Source: Amphiscolops sp. MND2022
Taxonomy: Eukaryota
NCBI GenBank assembly: GCA_964187785.1
Contig: OZ076409.1
Span: 25,918,001-25,982,000, forward strand
DNA: 64,000 nucleotides
Direction: 5' to 3'
Part shown: in pieces, positions 1-13,323 of the stretch
Position numbering within the stretch: position 1 is the stretch's first letter
Layout: each line of letters begins with the position of its first letter
Position numbers and translations under genes: made by a program
The notes under the pieces: model-generated
The model's input: only the letters and a program-made list of their open reading frames with translations
What the model was told of the DNA's origin: nothing
Databases searched by the model: none

Positions 1-42
1 TTTGAAAAAATTGGGTTACAGATCGATTGTCAGTAAACACGA

Positions 43-2388
43 TTACTGGGAGGTACTACCCCACATGAGATGTCCGATTTCAACAAATGCAAAATATATT
101 GACAGATATTCCTTTGCATAAATTGACATTTTCGTCTGTGTAGGGTTGAAAGTTTTTGAACCAAAAGCTATGGGTGCATATGTTTTGCGTTTTGATTGGA
201 GTTTTTGGTTTGGGTCATCCTCTATCATGAGAGCATATCCAGCTGCTGTGAAACTTGCATCGAACATGACTATAAGTTGCTTGTTTTTCAGCGGTTGTTT
301 TAGTGCTAACTGGCAAGAATTTTCTAGGAGTTTGTTGAGGTTCGTGAAGTCTTCTACCAAATTTGTCGGTACATAGAATTTGGAAGTTTCTTTGAGGAGT
401 TTGAAGAACGGTGAGAGCCGTTCCGAAAGGCGTGGTATGTAAGTTCGGTAATAGTTTAAAAATCCGATATACCTCTGTAACGCTTTTTTTGATTTCGGAA
501 AGCGAAGCTTTGAGAGGAAGTCTTTTACTTTGTCGGCTTGAGGGGCAACTCCATCTGGTGTGATTGTGCGTCCTAGAAAATCGACCTGTTTCACTCCAAA
601 GTGGCATTTTGACATGGAGAGTTTTAATCCTGCATTGCGTATGCATTCAAAGACAGTTCTGATTTTCGTACACAGTTGTTTTGTGTTATTTGCCGCGATG
701 CCAATGTCATCGACATACTGTGCACATTGGTCTGCTTTAATTGCTCTGTCCAGGTACTCTCTCATAAAACTTGAAAAGGCGGCAGAAAATGATCTGCTGA
801 GACCCTGGGCAAGGCGTCGATAAGCGAATGTTCTGCTGGCAAAGTTGAAGGCGAGCATTTGGATGGATTGGTAATCCGCCATCTGCAAGCAGTGGTAAGC
901 TTGGGAGCAGTCCAATTTGCAGAAAAGCTTTTTCCCTGCCTTATGTTGGGCTGCATCCGATAAGGTGCTTACTGGGTGGTTGTTGTTGACGTAGTCTTCA
1001 GTGATGAGGTTGTTGATTTTTCGTAGGTCAACGAGGAGTCTGAGGCGCCCGTTAGGTTTGCGTTGTGCAAATATTGGGCTTGCGTATTTAGAAAAAGGTA
1101 GTGTTGTAATGATGCCATACTTATGTAGGAGTGCAAGTTCCACTGTAATGTCATCTTTAAGATTGATAGGAGTTGGCAGACTTTGGCTGTATGCAGGTCT
1201 GTCGTCATTTGGCGTTAGTTTTACTTTGAATTCACGGTTTATGCCTATGTCGAAACGGTGTCTGGCAAAAATATCATGAAATTCAATGAGGATTTCTTCA
1301 ATTTCTTTCCGTTCATCAGGACTGAGTGTTGTGTCGGTCCAGTCGAAGTTTGAAAGGAAAGCTTTTCTGGAATTTTCATTATCTTGTGGGTTTAGTTTTT
1401 CAAGTTCTTTGAGTTCTAGGAGTTCTTTGTAGATTCGTTGTTGAATTGGAGTGTATGTTGCTGGGTCACCTGGTTCTTCGGGAGTAGGGAACCAGTATGT
1501 CTCCTGTTCTGAGTTCGTTTTTGGAACTTTGAGGAATTCGTTTATGTAGACGTCCGTTGTTTCCTCATGTTGTATCATGAAGGACAGTAACGCTGGGTCT
1601 ACTGGCTGTATATGTTTGATTTGTTCCGGTGTCAGTATCTTGAAATCCGCTAAATGGGTATCAAGGGTTATTGTATATGGTAAATCAGAGAAATTGATGA
1701 TTTGGTATCCAATAGCATTATTGTTAACGGTACTGAGTGACGCTGTGATGAAGATGCTATCGTGATTTTCAAACTGATGTGATGGGGTGACTATTCCGGT
1801 TGCGTCATGGTCCATCAGATGGGGCATTCTGCTTGCAATTGCTAGGGTTTCGCCTGGTTGCAAGGTATATGTATTTTCTGCAAACAATGGTGTTGCTTGT
1901 CGTATTGATGTTTGGGTGTCGGGTTTGAGCTGCATTGAAAGATAGGGGAAGGTTAGGATGGCTTGTGTGACATCAAAAATTGCGTTATTTCTACTTAGAA
2001 AACACAATCCAATTAACGGGTTTGGTAAGTTTTTCATAATGATGAAATTTTCCTTCAACATGAAGTCGGCCACTTCAAATTCAAGTAGAACAGTACCATT
2101 CGGGACTTCCAGTTGTCCATTGGCCACCATAATTTGAAAGTTTGGTGGGGGACCAGTTTCTTTGATTGCTTCGTTTGCTAGTAACTTGATTTTGTTGAGG
2201 TCTTGTTCGGAGATTGCACTTGTAAGGGCTCCGGTATCGATAAGACCATCAAGAGTAAGTTTTTCGAAGTCCATTGGAATGTAGTACATGTGGCGTTTTC
2301 GTTTCAATGTCAAGGAGGTTGAGATTGGTAGATATGACAAATTTCGTTCTTTGTCAAATTGTATGTGTTCAGAGAGGTCTTCATTCAA
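43..2388 (-). pseudogene. pol: pol of element A: aspartic protease, dUTPase-like relic, reverse transcriptase, RNase H
   Basis: LIDTGA protease motif; RT motifs RLLVDLRKIN, KLDCSQAY, QYVDD; RNase H FDAS...IYAKE. A frameshift near 50 continues as PVIVFTDNRSVTQFFQ in another frame to the window edge. Confidence 0.93.
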
Positions 2389-2699
2389 TAAGGGTTGTTT
2401 TTGATCATCACAAGAAGTTTTTATTGTGACATGGTTTTTGATGGGAGATTCGTGGTGGATTTCTAAGTTTGGGTCTGTTTTAGGGTGGGTTGGATGTTTT
2501 GTGAAGTAGTTGTCTGGTGCATCTTGAAAGAGTTCGTATAGTTCTTCTGGTGATGTTTCCAGGGTTGATTGTTGAGAGTTTAGTGTTGTTGAGTTCGTGT
2601 CAAAGGTTGGTGTTTTTGTGGGTTGTGGACTCAGATGATGCTGCCAGTCATCGGCTGAGTTTGGTTTTTGTGGTGATTTTGTGTAAAGGCGTGGCGTTT

Positions 2700-4391
2700 C
2701 TAGTTTAAATCCTTCGACGAAGATTGTTGGTTTCGTTCGATTCTGGGTCTGATTGGCTTTTTAGCTCGCTTGTATTCTTCTATAACTTTCTTTTGGGCTT
2801 CAGTTAGGTTCCATTTTGGTGGTCTACTATCCATATTGGCACCAAAACAGCAATCTTCTTCTTCATGTCCCGGAGTTTTGCAATTGGGACATTTAGGTGC
2901 ATCCGGATCTTCTTCTAGTTTTCGCCTTTTAGCTAATTTAGGGCAGTCAGTCATCATGTGACTAGCATCTTTGCAGTAACGACATTGGTCATTTTTGAGT
3001 GTTTTGTCGGGTACAGTTTTCGGAGTTTGTTTTTTGGTTCTGTCAGCTTGTTTTTTTGGTGGTTTTTTCAGTGTTTTGTTCTTTTTTGGTAACGGTCATC
3101 TGAGTTTTGACGAGGGCTTCGTCGGCCTCTAGACTATTAAGTTCCATCTCTCTTTCAAGATGTTTAACGATTTGGTCATAAGAGCCATTTTCCAGATAGG
3201 CTTGGTTGATGGATTTTTTAAGATGCGGTGGCATCTTGGCGTAGAGTAGATTCTCTATCATATGGTGTGCATTGTCACCGAAAGCTTTTTCTGCGCTTTC
3301 TTGTAAATCTTCAAGAAAATCAGGTAGCTTTTGGTTTTCTGGATCAAATGTTAGTCGGTGAAATCTATGTTTTGCCGAAGCACTTGATTATGGTTTGACG
3401 TACTTTCGGCGGAAAACTTTTAGGATGTCTTCCAGTGTTGTTGTGGGTGTTCTTTGGATGTTTTTGAAGGTTTTTAACGCCAATCCTCTGAGATGTGCAT
3501 GAAAGTGGTTGATCTTCATTTCTTCTGTGAGATTTGGCTGCATTTTGAGGGTTGTGTGGAACAAGTCCTCGAAATATTCGAATTTTTCATTTTTTTCGTT
3601 TTTTCCATTGAATGTGAGTGTGTTTTTAGGGTGAAATAGGGATTGTTGTGAGTTTTTATTGGCTAGTTTTTCTATAGCCTGGGCAATTTGGTTGACCGGG
3701 TCAAGTGGTTTTGTTGTGGATGTTGAAGTGTTGCGGTCTGCGTGGGATCCTAAGGTGTCGTTTAGAAGTGGGGTATTTTGAGAGCTTTGTCTATGGAGTG
3801 GTTTGTTGGCTCCTGTCACCATGTGATAATCCTCCTCATCGGATTCCTCATTAAAGATAACTGTTGCATCTAATGGTGTGTCATTTTGGTGTATAGGTTT
3901 AGCGGGATGCCTTAGATCTCTCATTTTTGAGGCTTTGAGGGGAATATCTTCGTTTTCAGAGTCTATACTTTCGTTATCAGATGCGTTTACTCCCATAGAC
4001 CTTTTGCCCTTGGATCCCGATGGTTGCATGCTTTCTATTTCATTCATCTCAGATCTAGGATTAGTTGTCATAGATGTGCTTTTATTGGTTTTTATCTCCA
4101 TCAGAATCGCATCTAGTTTGTTCTCCATCTCTTCTCTCATTTTAGTGATTCTATCATTGTTTTTCTGTTCAAAAACCTCGGTCCAAGCTTGAATTTCGTT
4201 ACTGACTTGGCTGGGTTCAACTAGTCTGGGTCTCAATTTAGTTTCACCTAAACTTTCTTGACTTTGTAAATTAACATTAGTTAAAGTTTCATTACCTTGA
4301 CTTGGAGTTTCTATGCGTACTTCGCTTGCCTCTCTCTCTCCGGGGACGGAGTTTCTAACCTTCTGGACCTTCGATTTCTTCTATTTCCCAT
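2700..4391 (-). pseudogene. gag: gag of element A with two zinc knuckles, disrupted
   Basis: ATG at 4391 (MGNRRNRRSRRLETP), with a 2-nt slip in the (GA)n tract at 4331-4340. In-frame TAA at 3388-3390 (YVKP*SSASAKH; element C has YVKPESQATAKH). Frameshift near 3050. Knuckles CRYC...H...C and CPNCKTPGHEEEDC. Confidence 0.85.
3810..3821 (-). promoter_or_regulatory. Primer-binding site TGGTGACAGGAG of element A
   Basis: Directly follows ...TCACA on minus. The identical 12-mer abuts the verified 5' LTR of element C. It is one mismatch from the tRNA-Leu(CAG)-type PBS TGGTGTCAGGAG; the primer tRNA is inferred. Confidence 0.75.
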
Positions 4392-5264
4392 CTTGCTCAA
4401 GAGGAAAATTGGGTTGAAGTGCAGAAAGAATTTGAATTTATTCGTCAATGTTGTGAAAACAATTCAGGTGAAACAAAGAGTTATCAAGGAAACTGCTTTT
4501 ACAGTGTTTGGGTTTACTGTTACAGAGCAACTGTCTCTGGTCCCAGTTATATTTCAACTGAAGTAAAACTGCACTTTTACTGATGAAAAATTACAAAGCA
4601 TGACACTCAATTTTAGGGTTGTCATCGATCCAAAAATACTATAAATAGACTTACGTCAGGGTAACGTAATTCTATTTATAACTTACAAATAGTAACTGCA
4701 TGACTTCCAATAATCTAACTATGCTAAAGCAACAAGCCCCTGGGAAACCGCTGAATGCCGCACATACGTCATCCAGTTTTCCGCATAGTGACGTATGATC
4801 AAAGCTTATTAAAAGCACCAATAAAACATGTTATAAGTTAGAATCCGCATGGTACCGCATATGCGTTACCCGGATTACCGCATAATGACGCATACTCATC
4901 GTTACTAAACTCACACAGTAAAGTGTCAATGGCGTTATGTTCACAAAATTAGTTCAGAAAAGACGTCACGTTATTCTAGCTCCGAAGTTAATGAGTGCAT
5001 ATGTTCATTCATGTCAACAAAATGAAAGCATCAATGTTTAAGGCATTTGTCAAAGCATAAACATCAAACTATAAGATTAAAGAGTTTGCATGACATTTTC
5101 AAGGTATCAACTGAAAATTAAATCAACATAAATAACAAAAGGAAGTTGAGAGTGTTTAAGAGTTTCAAGTCCTCGAGTTGTTTTAGGGTTCTTTTGGAGA
5201 TGACTAAGTATTCTCGTTTAGGGTTGTTGCCCAACAGCTCCAGCACAACTGTGGGGTTGTGACA
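3822..5264 (-). repeat. Putative 5' LTR of element A (~1.44 kb)
   Basis: Inner end fixed by the PBS (plus strand begins TGTGATAA). Outer end inferred from ...TTGTGACA at 5264. No second copy is in the window to confirm it. Confidence 0.55.
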
Positions 5265-7615
5265 ATTGATAATTCTCCTTTGAAAGATTGTTGAGGAAAA
5301 AACATGGTTGGTACCAGCTGAAGGTGCTAGAAAATATTGCATGTTGCATTCAAGTCTGCAGGAGAGTGTTTTTGCCAAATGTAAATTTCCGGGAGCTTGC
5401 ACGAGAAATTTCTGTGATATGCTATTGCAAAATGCTGTTTCATCTGGGCATAGTTCGTATTTTTCGGTTTAACAAAAAAATTAAAGCAAAAAATAAAAAC
5501 AGTTCATAAACGAAATTTTCATTTGGTTAAACAATAGTATCATCAATTAACATTTTTCGGCATTTGGATCTTTTTCAGTCATTAAAAAGTCCGAGTTAAT
5601 CGGCTTTCATTTTTCTTGGAGTTTTTAAAAATAATATTTTCGTTTCATGACCTGCCAAACTTGAGTCTCTTTGCAGCCTCCAAGTTCAAATCCACAACAT
5701 ATATATCCTATTGTTTTCCAGCCAATGTCGAAAACTAACTGAAGTTGGAAGCAAAGCGTCTTGTGTGCTGAACTGAGAAAGCACCAATTCGGCAACTAGG
5801 AGATTAGCGAATTGAGCTGCTATGTGACAGAGGTTTCTGCTGTCCTGAAACCAAACTAATTGGAGTTGAACCGAATTTTGAACAGTTTGATCGATTTCTT
5901 CATGCGGATCTTACTCGAGCACGGTGACTGAAGTTGCAGTTAAGCTCAACCAAGCGATTCAGAACTTCAAATTGGTTCTCAGCAACCGCGTAGAACAATA
6001 TATTCCATCCTGAGACCTGAAAACATACAGCGTTTGAATAAATTTCCGGAAAAACGCCCAAGGAAAAGGCGCCCACAGAAAAAACGCGCAAAGGAAAAAT
6101 ACGCCTTCTACAAAAACGAACAAAATAAATTATCGCCAATAGTGAACTACGATAATGTAGTCAGCTATGGGCATGAGCTTTTAATGTCTAAAAATCAGCA
6201 CAGAAGTGAAGCCATCGTTTAGACGAAGATCGACCTGGGCTGGCGCTGGCGCTGAGCGCTCCGTAAGGAGCAAGTCTGACTAAAAAAATCATAGTAAAAA
6301 TAATTACACAATCAGAGAAACTCTTTTTTCGGATGTAAATGGTAATAATCGAATACTCCAGTTATCTTGATTAATTAAACCAGTCGAGTCAATACCGCTC
6401 GACATTGAAATACAAAGTATTTTGGTTTATTTTATCAAAACCAAAATCGTTATAGAATTATTACTTCTATTCTACAATTTGAGAAATTAGCAGCTTGCAA
6501 TACTACTTTATTGCAGACTTACACTAATTTGTATAAGAAACGTATGTCATAACCTTATCAATGACCCTCAGAGCTGGGTGGTCTTCGTTGATTTGGGCCA
6601 AAATGGATGAAAAAGAAGCCCACTCTCCTTTTTTGGCTAACCGGAGAAGCACTTGCTCGTCCTCTTCAAACAACCCTCCAGACATCTCCAAGTCATAAAC
6701 TAGTAAACTTTCATATTATAATGTAAGGCTGAGTTCTATCGAAAGTATGTAAAACATGTTCAGACTTCTTTGATTAATTACTATGTGAAACTGAATTGTT
6801 TCAAATGATATGCAATGATTGACGTTGTTAAACTTTTTATGCTGGCACAGCTAGAACTGAGAATTTGGCTAGCTAAACCAATCTCAAACGTATTCGAGCA
6901 ATTTTTGATGTTTAAAAGAAGACCTTTTTATGTAAGTCTTCGTTAAAATGATGAAAAAGCCTAATGACAAAGAAAAACATGAAACATGATCACGTCTGCA
7001 GAAGACATGCTAGCTCTGAAGCTACCCGAGTATTATCGTAAAATGCTATTTCTCTTCCATAAAATGATTCGGTACCATTTCAAACCTCGTTTTTTTTCCA
7101 ACTCATATTAAATATTCAAATGAGTCTCGTTTTGATTACTGATACTGTCACCCAATTTCATTGTATTGCCAAAAGAGTTCTGAAGTCGGCGTCCTGCCTA
7201 GGGTTCAAAAAGATAGGCCAAGAAACGGGACTTTGCGAAAATCTCTAAAACTAGAAGTCTCAGCGTGAGCTCTGTGGTTGGAGAAAACAGTTAATTTCAC
7301 AAGTAGTCGGGTTTTAATTTCTTTATGTTTGTAAAATAAGCCCACCAAAAACGTTTTTAATCTAATTTCCAATTGGATAATCAAACGATGCATACTACGT
7401 GAACAATCAAAAGGAAGATGAAAACTTCATTAATCGAAATCGTAATATTAGCAAACAAGGCACTGAATGGATTTTTCATCGCGTAATTAAATTTTCAACT
7501 GTAAATCGTGCAAAACTAGGTGACCTGCGAGAACAGTACAAGCAAAATTTTTGCAAAGTTGACGACATAGAAATTCGTCACTTACGTTTTGAAAAGTTTC
7601 ATTTTACTGCCTCTC

Positions 7616-7823
7616 TGTTAACTCGGAGAAGATAGAGTAAGAAGAGTGAATTAAAAGTAATACAAATCAACACAAAGTAATGATCGTTATCATATGAACT
7701 GTTGTCTATCTGTATCATAGAGTTCAACTTCAACTAATGTTCATACTGTAAGGCTCTTCATCGTAGACACTGGCAGGTACTATGAACTAATTAGTTCGTC
7801 TTTTTAGTGACGTCTACTTCTCA
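7616..7823 (-). repeat. 3' LTR of element B
   Basis: TGTTAAC...TTCTCA on plus; no differences from 13324-13531 by eye. Confidence 0.97.
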
Positions 7824-7834
7824 TTCCCCCTTTT
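7824..7834 (-). promoter_or_regulatory. Polypurine tract of element B
   Basis: AAAAGGGGGAA on minus, immediately upstream of the 3' LTR. Confidence 0.85.
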
Positions 7835-7976
7835 GTAACAGGGAAGCTATTGCTGGGCCTCTTGGGGTTCCCACTTGACCTTGACATCGGTTGTTGGGTT
7901 TTCCTTTTTGATTTTCGGAAAGGGTTGTCGCAGGAATCGTTGTAGTGGGCTGGAGAACTCTAAACGACTTAGCCAA

Positions 7977-10900
7977 TTAGAAATACTCTACCCCTCCTAA
8001 TTTTACAGTTCGCTTAGCGCCTTTTATTCTACTTGATCTACGAAGGTCAGGTGATTCTGTTTGTATTTTATGGTTTTTTAAGTCCTTTTTGTCTACTATT
8101 TTTAAGTTACCTCTTTTCGGGCTTGTTTTCCTTTTCTTCGAAGTAACTTCGGTATTTGCAGTGGCACGTATTGGCGTCTGCTGTTCGCCTTCCGGTTGTT
8201 TTGGTTGTGCGCCGTAACTGGTGCTGCACTGTACCGGCGTAGACGGTGGCGGCGTGTGTATCTCGGGTGCGGTTTCTTCTTCGTGCCGTTGCGTTCCCGC
8301 TGTGACGGTGGTGTTGCTTGCTTGCGGTCCTGTTCTTCCGTCGATACGTCTTGTCCGTTGCTCGTCTCTATGACATCGCCGTAGGTTGATCTTCTCTCTG
8401 GCATTGTTGGAAGGGTGTAGCTGCATCCCGGTTCGTCGGTGGTACCGTATATTCGTTTGTGGGTATCACAGTAGTTTCCTTGGCTAAATTTTCCGCATCT
8501 GACGCAGCGATTTGTTGGTTTCTTCTTTTCCTCCGGCTTTTTCGGCAGCTGAAATTTTATCGGTTTCGACGCTAATTTTTTATGAAATATTTTTCCGTTT
8601 GACGTTGTTATAGTGTGTTTAGTTTCGTTCACGGCCGTCAGTATTTTGTTGGTTTTAAATCTGCATTTCATTGCGTTTGGTTTGTTTTCTTTTTCGAAAA
8701 ATTGGTACTGTTTAAATTCCTTGCTCACCGATCTATTTCTTTTCTTTGAATCGTTAAGAATCAGGTAATCTGCCATTTCTCCCTCTGAGTCGTTGATTGT
8801 GAACATCTGTAGCTCAGTGGGTTGCGCTGAAACGTAATTGGTCAATGTCTTTTTCCAATTAGAAAGAAGACATTCTGATCGGCCGATTAGATTGGTTATT
8901 GCCGTGCGTGGCTTACGTCCGTAATGCATTTGGAATGGCGTCATATTCAACTTACTATGCGGAGTTTGTCTAATTGTTTTAATTGCCAATTTAACACCTT
9001 CTTCAAATGTTAGGCCGTCTGCCATATTAGCTCTAGTTAAAGATTTAATTGTCCGTATCGTTCTTTCTACTTGGCCGGTACCTGTGTGTAGATTCGGTGT
9101 ACATCTAAAGCGTTTTATATTTTCTTGGTTACAGAATTCTTTGAATTCGTTACTTTTAAAACAACTACCGTTGTCGGTACGTACGCTCCGTGGTGTTCCG
9201 TTATCTGAACAGTATTCCGTTAAAAATTTTAAAACTGTCCGTGTGTCGGTATTTTTACAAATTTTGGCGGTGGGCCATTTGCTGAAACGGTCGACTGCGA
9301 CTAAAATATATACATCGCCGCGAGTTTTTGATTTTATTGGACCGGCAAAGTCCAATTGTATTTCTTGGTTCGGTTCGGACAAAATTTCTAAATAGTTTTT
9401 CTCCGTTGACGGTAATTGCGTTGTTAAATTCTTACCTGACGACCTGCAGCTGGGACAGTTTTCTGCTTTTTCCTTTATCTCCCGATATAGGCCGGGCCAC
9501 CAGAAGGCTGCGGATGATTGGTCCATCTTTGTAGCTGATGGGTGGCCTTGATGGAGCATGGCGATGATTGTGCTTCTCATTGCTTCGGGTATAACGATTT
9601 TGTCGTTATAGAAAAGCAGGCCAAATCGGGTTGTCAGGTGATGTCTGTGTGGCCGATAAGGGTAAAAAATCTCCTCAATCTGATTCTTTTCGACGGCAGT
9701 GATAGCATTCAGGATTTTTGTGTCTCTCGCCGTTTCTTCTACTAGCATCGGCAAGTCGAGTGCAAAATCTTTTTCGGCCTTCTTGATGGTTTCTTCTGTC
9801 CGCTCGTTGTGTTCATCGTCTAAGTTCTTCGTCTTGACGGTTTGCTTCAGTCGGATTAGGTTTATTGTTTCGTGTTTCCGAAACTTTTTGATGGCATTGG
9901 TGGGACATTTTTCTTGTCTGACATTGCTCGTTTGGTTTTTAGTGTCGGATGACTGCGTTATCCACGATTCATAATTGTTCTGCTGGAACTCTTTCAGCGG
10001 CGTCGTACCCAGCTTGTCGCAGAAATTAAAGAATCTGTTGTATATCTGCACATTTAATTCAACAATTCTTTTTCGTACTTGCTGTGAGGGTCGGTATTCT
10101 TGGAGTCTTTCATTGTCTGTCCCTTTTCCCACAATTCTCATTTTTTCAGGTTTCAGTAGTCTCTTTCTCTCTGTCCAGAGTTTGAGAGTGTCTGGTGAAT
10201 GCCCTCTTTTCTTGAATATGAAGTGCATGTCGATTCCGTTTATTTTGTCCATATTGGATGGCTTTGCTGATCTATTTGAAGAATTCACGGATGCGATTTG
10301 ATTAACACCGTTCAGTGGTATCGAAGTTTTGAGCAATTGAGTTTGTCTATTTTGTTCACGCTTACGCGTGCCGTGTTGTGATTGGTCAATTTTTTGTCTC
10401 GCCTTTGTTCGTTCTGTAAATCGTTTTATGCTTCCGTTCGTTTGAATGAAATCGAATAAGCCGTGTATTTGATTTATTACGAACTCTTCTTCGGATTCCG
10501 TTTCGTTTTGACCGTTTAAGTTATTCTCCGCTGCGCTTTCATCGGTGTTTACGATCGGATGTCGGCTTAAGTAGTCCGTCAATGGGATGTTTTTACCGGC
10601 GGTATATTGAACATTTACATCGAAGTGGCCTAATCTGTCTAACCACCGTGTTAACCTGGCGCTATATTGTTTATTTGCCCTGTTCCGTTTTAACAACGGC
10701 TGTAGCGCTTGATGGTCAGTTAGCAAATTTACCCTTTTTCCGTATACAAAATACCTAAAGTATTCTAAACCCCATAGTGCCCCTAGCAACTCTAACTCGT
10801 TAATAGCATATTTTCTTTCACAGTCGGTGAGGAATCTGCTAGCAAATGCGACTGGTCTGAAAGTTTCTCCTTCCTTCTGCCATAATGTCGCCCCGAGTCC

Positions 10901-13304
10901 CGTGTTGCATGCGTCTGTTGTCACATAATTTTCTTTCTTCGGGTCGAAGTGGGCCAAGCATGGGGGTTCAGTTATTTCTTTCTTTAAATTCTCGAAGTCT
11001 TCGTCAATTTCGGGTGTCCATTCCCAGCGGGTTTCTTTCTTCAACAGCCTCCTCATTCTGTCTGTCTTCTTGGACAGGTTATTGATGAACTTCGATAGGT
11101 GTTGTATTGAGCCGAGGAAAGATTTTAGTTCTTTAGTAATCTTTGGAGCCATCAATTTTGTTATTGCTCCCGTTTTGTCTTTTATTGGTTTCACTCCTTT
11201 TTGATCGATGTGATAACCCAGCCAAGTTATCTCCTGTTTGAATAATTCAGTTTTCCTCTCACTTGCTCTGTAACCGGCGTTTTGTAGCTTTGTGAGTACT
11301 TCCCGAATTTCTCGTTCGTGATGATCGATTGTTCCGTTTGTTACACATATGATGTCATCTAGCCAGACCGGTGTTTTAAATTCTAGCACTTTGTCGATGT
11401 GTTCCTGAAACACGGTAGGAATATCGGACAGTCCGTAGAATCCTTTCTTGAAACGATAATGACCGGTGAAATCACCGCCAATTATCGAAAATACACAGTG
11501 TCTGGCTGCCTCCGCGGTTAATTTTGCTTGTCCGTAGGCGTTATCCAAATCGATCTTTGACATCCAGATTTCGCTTCCAGTCGCTTCGGGTGATTTCCGC
11601 TGATATTTTGCTGATCAGTTCTTCCATATTTGGCATTGTCGCTTTTCTTTTGACACATGCTTCATTCAGTTTTCTTGAATCGAGGGCAATTTTCACGGAC
11701 TTGTCTTTCTTTATTGTTATAACAGCCGGTGAGACAAAACAATTTTCTGTGGTGTTGTTTGCTTTTTCCAGGTGTCCAGTTTCGATTAGTTTCCTCAGTT
11801 CATTTTTGACCGTTTTTTGAAAATGTATTGGCACTGGTCGTCCTTTTTGTTGTATTGGCTTTGTGTCTTTTTTCAGTTGGATGTCGATTGCCAAATCTTT
11901 GATCGTATGGTTGTTTTTGAATAGGTCTTCGTATTCTTTTACGATCTTCTGTCTTCTTTCATCCGTTTCAATGTATCTGATGATGTTCGTGTTCGTGTTC
12001 CCTTGCAGCCCGATTTCTAGTTTGTCCAGCCAGTCCAGTCCCAATAAGGGTTGGGTGTTTTTGTTCTCGGTTATCAATATGGGAAGTGTTATTTTACTTT
12101 TCTCCGTTTTTACTTCTACCATGGTTTCGCCTTTGAACTTTATCGGGTTTTTATTTACATCTACAAAGCTTTTTGTGGTTTTGTGTAATTCCGCTGTAAT
12201 AATTATAGGCGGTATTATCGTTACCGGAGAGCCAGTGTCAATGATGAATTCTTTTGGCTGTCCTTGGACCAATAGTATCGCTTTGTAGAAGTCGATCCGA
12301 TTTATGCCGTTGACGGATTGGATGTGGTCAATTTCAGGCCATGATTCGGTGTCGCTGTCCGTTGACGGTTTATTTTGTATCCGGCTGACGGTTTTGGATT
12401 TGCACACTTTGGCGAAGTGACCCATCTTCTTGCAGTTATTACACTGTGCTCTCCGTGCTGGACTAATATGTTCCATTGACCAATTTGGTTCACGGCAAAA
12501 GCGGCAATTACGGTTTGGTATTTTCTTCTTTCATGTTTCGGCGGTTTTTTGTTTCCGTTTTGGTTGTGTGTGGGCGACTTGTTCTTCACTTGATGAACTT
12601 TCCAGTTTGACTTTTCGGGGTCGTTTGTTTGCTTTTTTGTCTCCGTATTTGCGGTTGTAATTGTCTTGTTCAATGGTTTCGAGTACCATTTGAAGTTTCA
12701 ACGGTCCTTTTATGAATTTGTCTCGGGCTTTTTTATCATTTATTGTTGCTGCAAATTTGTATGTAATAATTTTTTCCGGTGTGATGCTGTTGAATTCACA
12801 TTTTCGTTCGATGTCCACTAATCTCTTCCAGTACTCGTCTAAAGTTTCATTTTCATCTTGTTGGATATTAAAAAATTGTGCCCGGCTGTGGAATACATTC
12901 CTTGCTGGTATGAAAGTTTTTTTGAATAGCTTCAGCATTTCTGGGAGATCAATGTCTTTTAGCTCTTTGCCCCATTGTCCTCTCATGATTTCATGTTTGG
13001 CCTTGTGGCCTAAGGCCCAGATGACGTCTCCTTTGATATGGTACACCGTATGCGGATCCAATTGGTCGACGCCTTGATCCATCAATTCTTCTAGATTCCG
13101 GTTGTATGTGAGATGTATGTATTCCGAAATCTGCTCCCACCACATTCGTGGGTTTTTCTTGGTGAGATCCGTTTCTCTATCCGATAATATCGGTATTTTG
13201 TATTTGTTCTTCTCCAGTCTATCTGCCGTCGTCTGATTCATTATTGTCTGGTTTGCGGTTTGTTGGCCAGATCGTTCTGAGGTATTTGGGTCTGGGTTGT
13301 CCAT
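7977..13304 (-). pseudogene. gag-pol: gag-pol polyprotein of element B, apparently one original frame, now interrupted
   Basis: gag 12531-13304 and 11541-12476 share a frame, separated only by TGA at 12531-12533. Knuckle CNNCKKMGHFAKVC; protease IIDTGS; frameshift near 11575 in RT; RT WLDD; RNase H TDAC/ELE/TDH; integrase HQGH..CPSC, LDF, TDNG, VER. Probable frameshift in the C-terminal tail near 8340. Confidence 0.92.
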
Positions 13305-13311
13305 TAGATTG

Positions 13312-13323
13312 CTGACTGCGCCA
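13312..13323 (-). promoter_or_regulatory. Primer-binding site TGGCGCAGTCAG of element B (tRNA-Ser type)
   Basis: Abuts the 5' LTR; TGGCGCAGTC resembles known tRNA-Ser PBSs of insect gypsy-group elements. Confidence 0.75.

Larger units (their letters stand above)
1..5264 (-). mobile_element. Ty3/Gypsy LTR retrotransposon A, degenerate; 3' part (end of RNase H, integrase, 3' LTR) lies beyond the window start
   Basis: gag and PR-RT-RH ORFs on minus, clearly homologous to element C (e.g. FEYFEDLFHTTLKMQPNLTEEMKINHFH vs FELFEDLFHTMIKMQPEMTEQMKINHFH); PBS at 3810-3821. The right boundary is inferred. Confidence 0.9.

Noticed and set aside
146..1765. Many short plus-strand ORFs opposite pol genes (also 8196-13077 and 41541-47050)
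   Set aside because: Antisense shadows of coding sequence, with no independent coding signal.
6040..6290. 15-bp periodic tract and a GCTCC-GTAA-GGAGC hairpin followed by GACTAAAAA
   Set aside because: Probably MITE/HINE remnants; boundaries cannot be supported.
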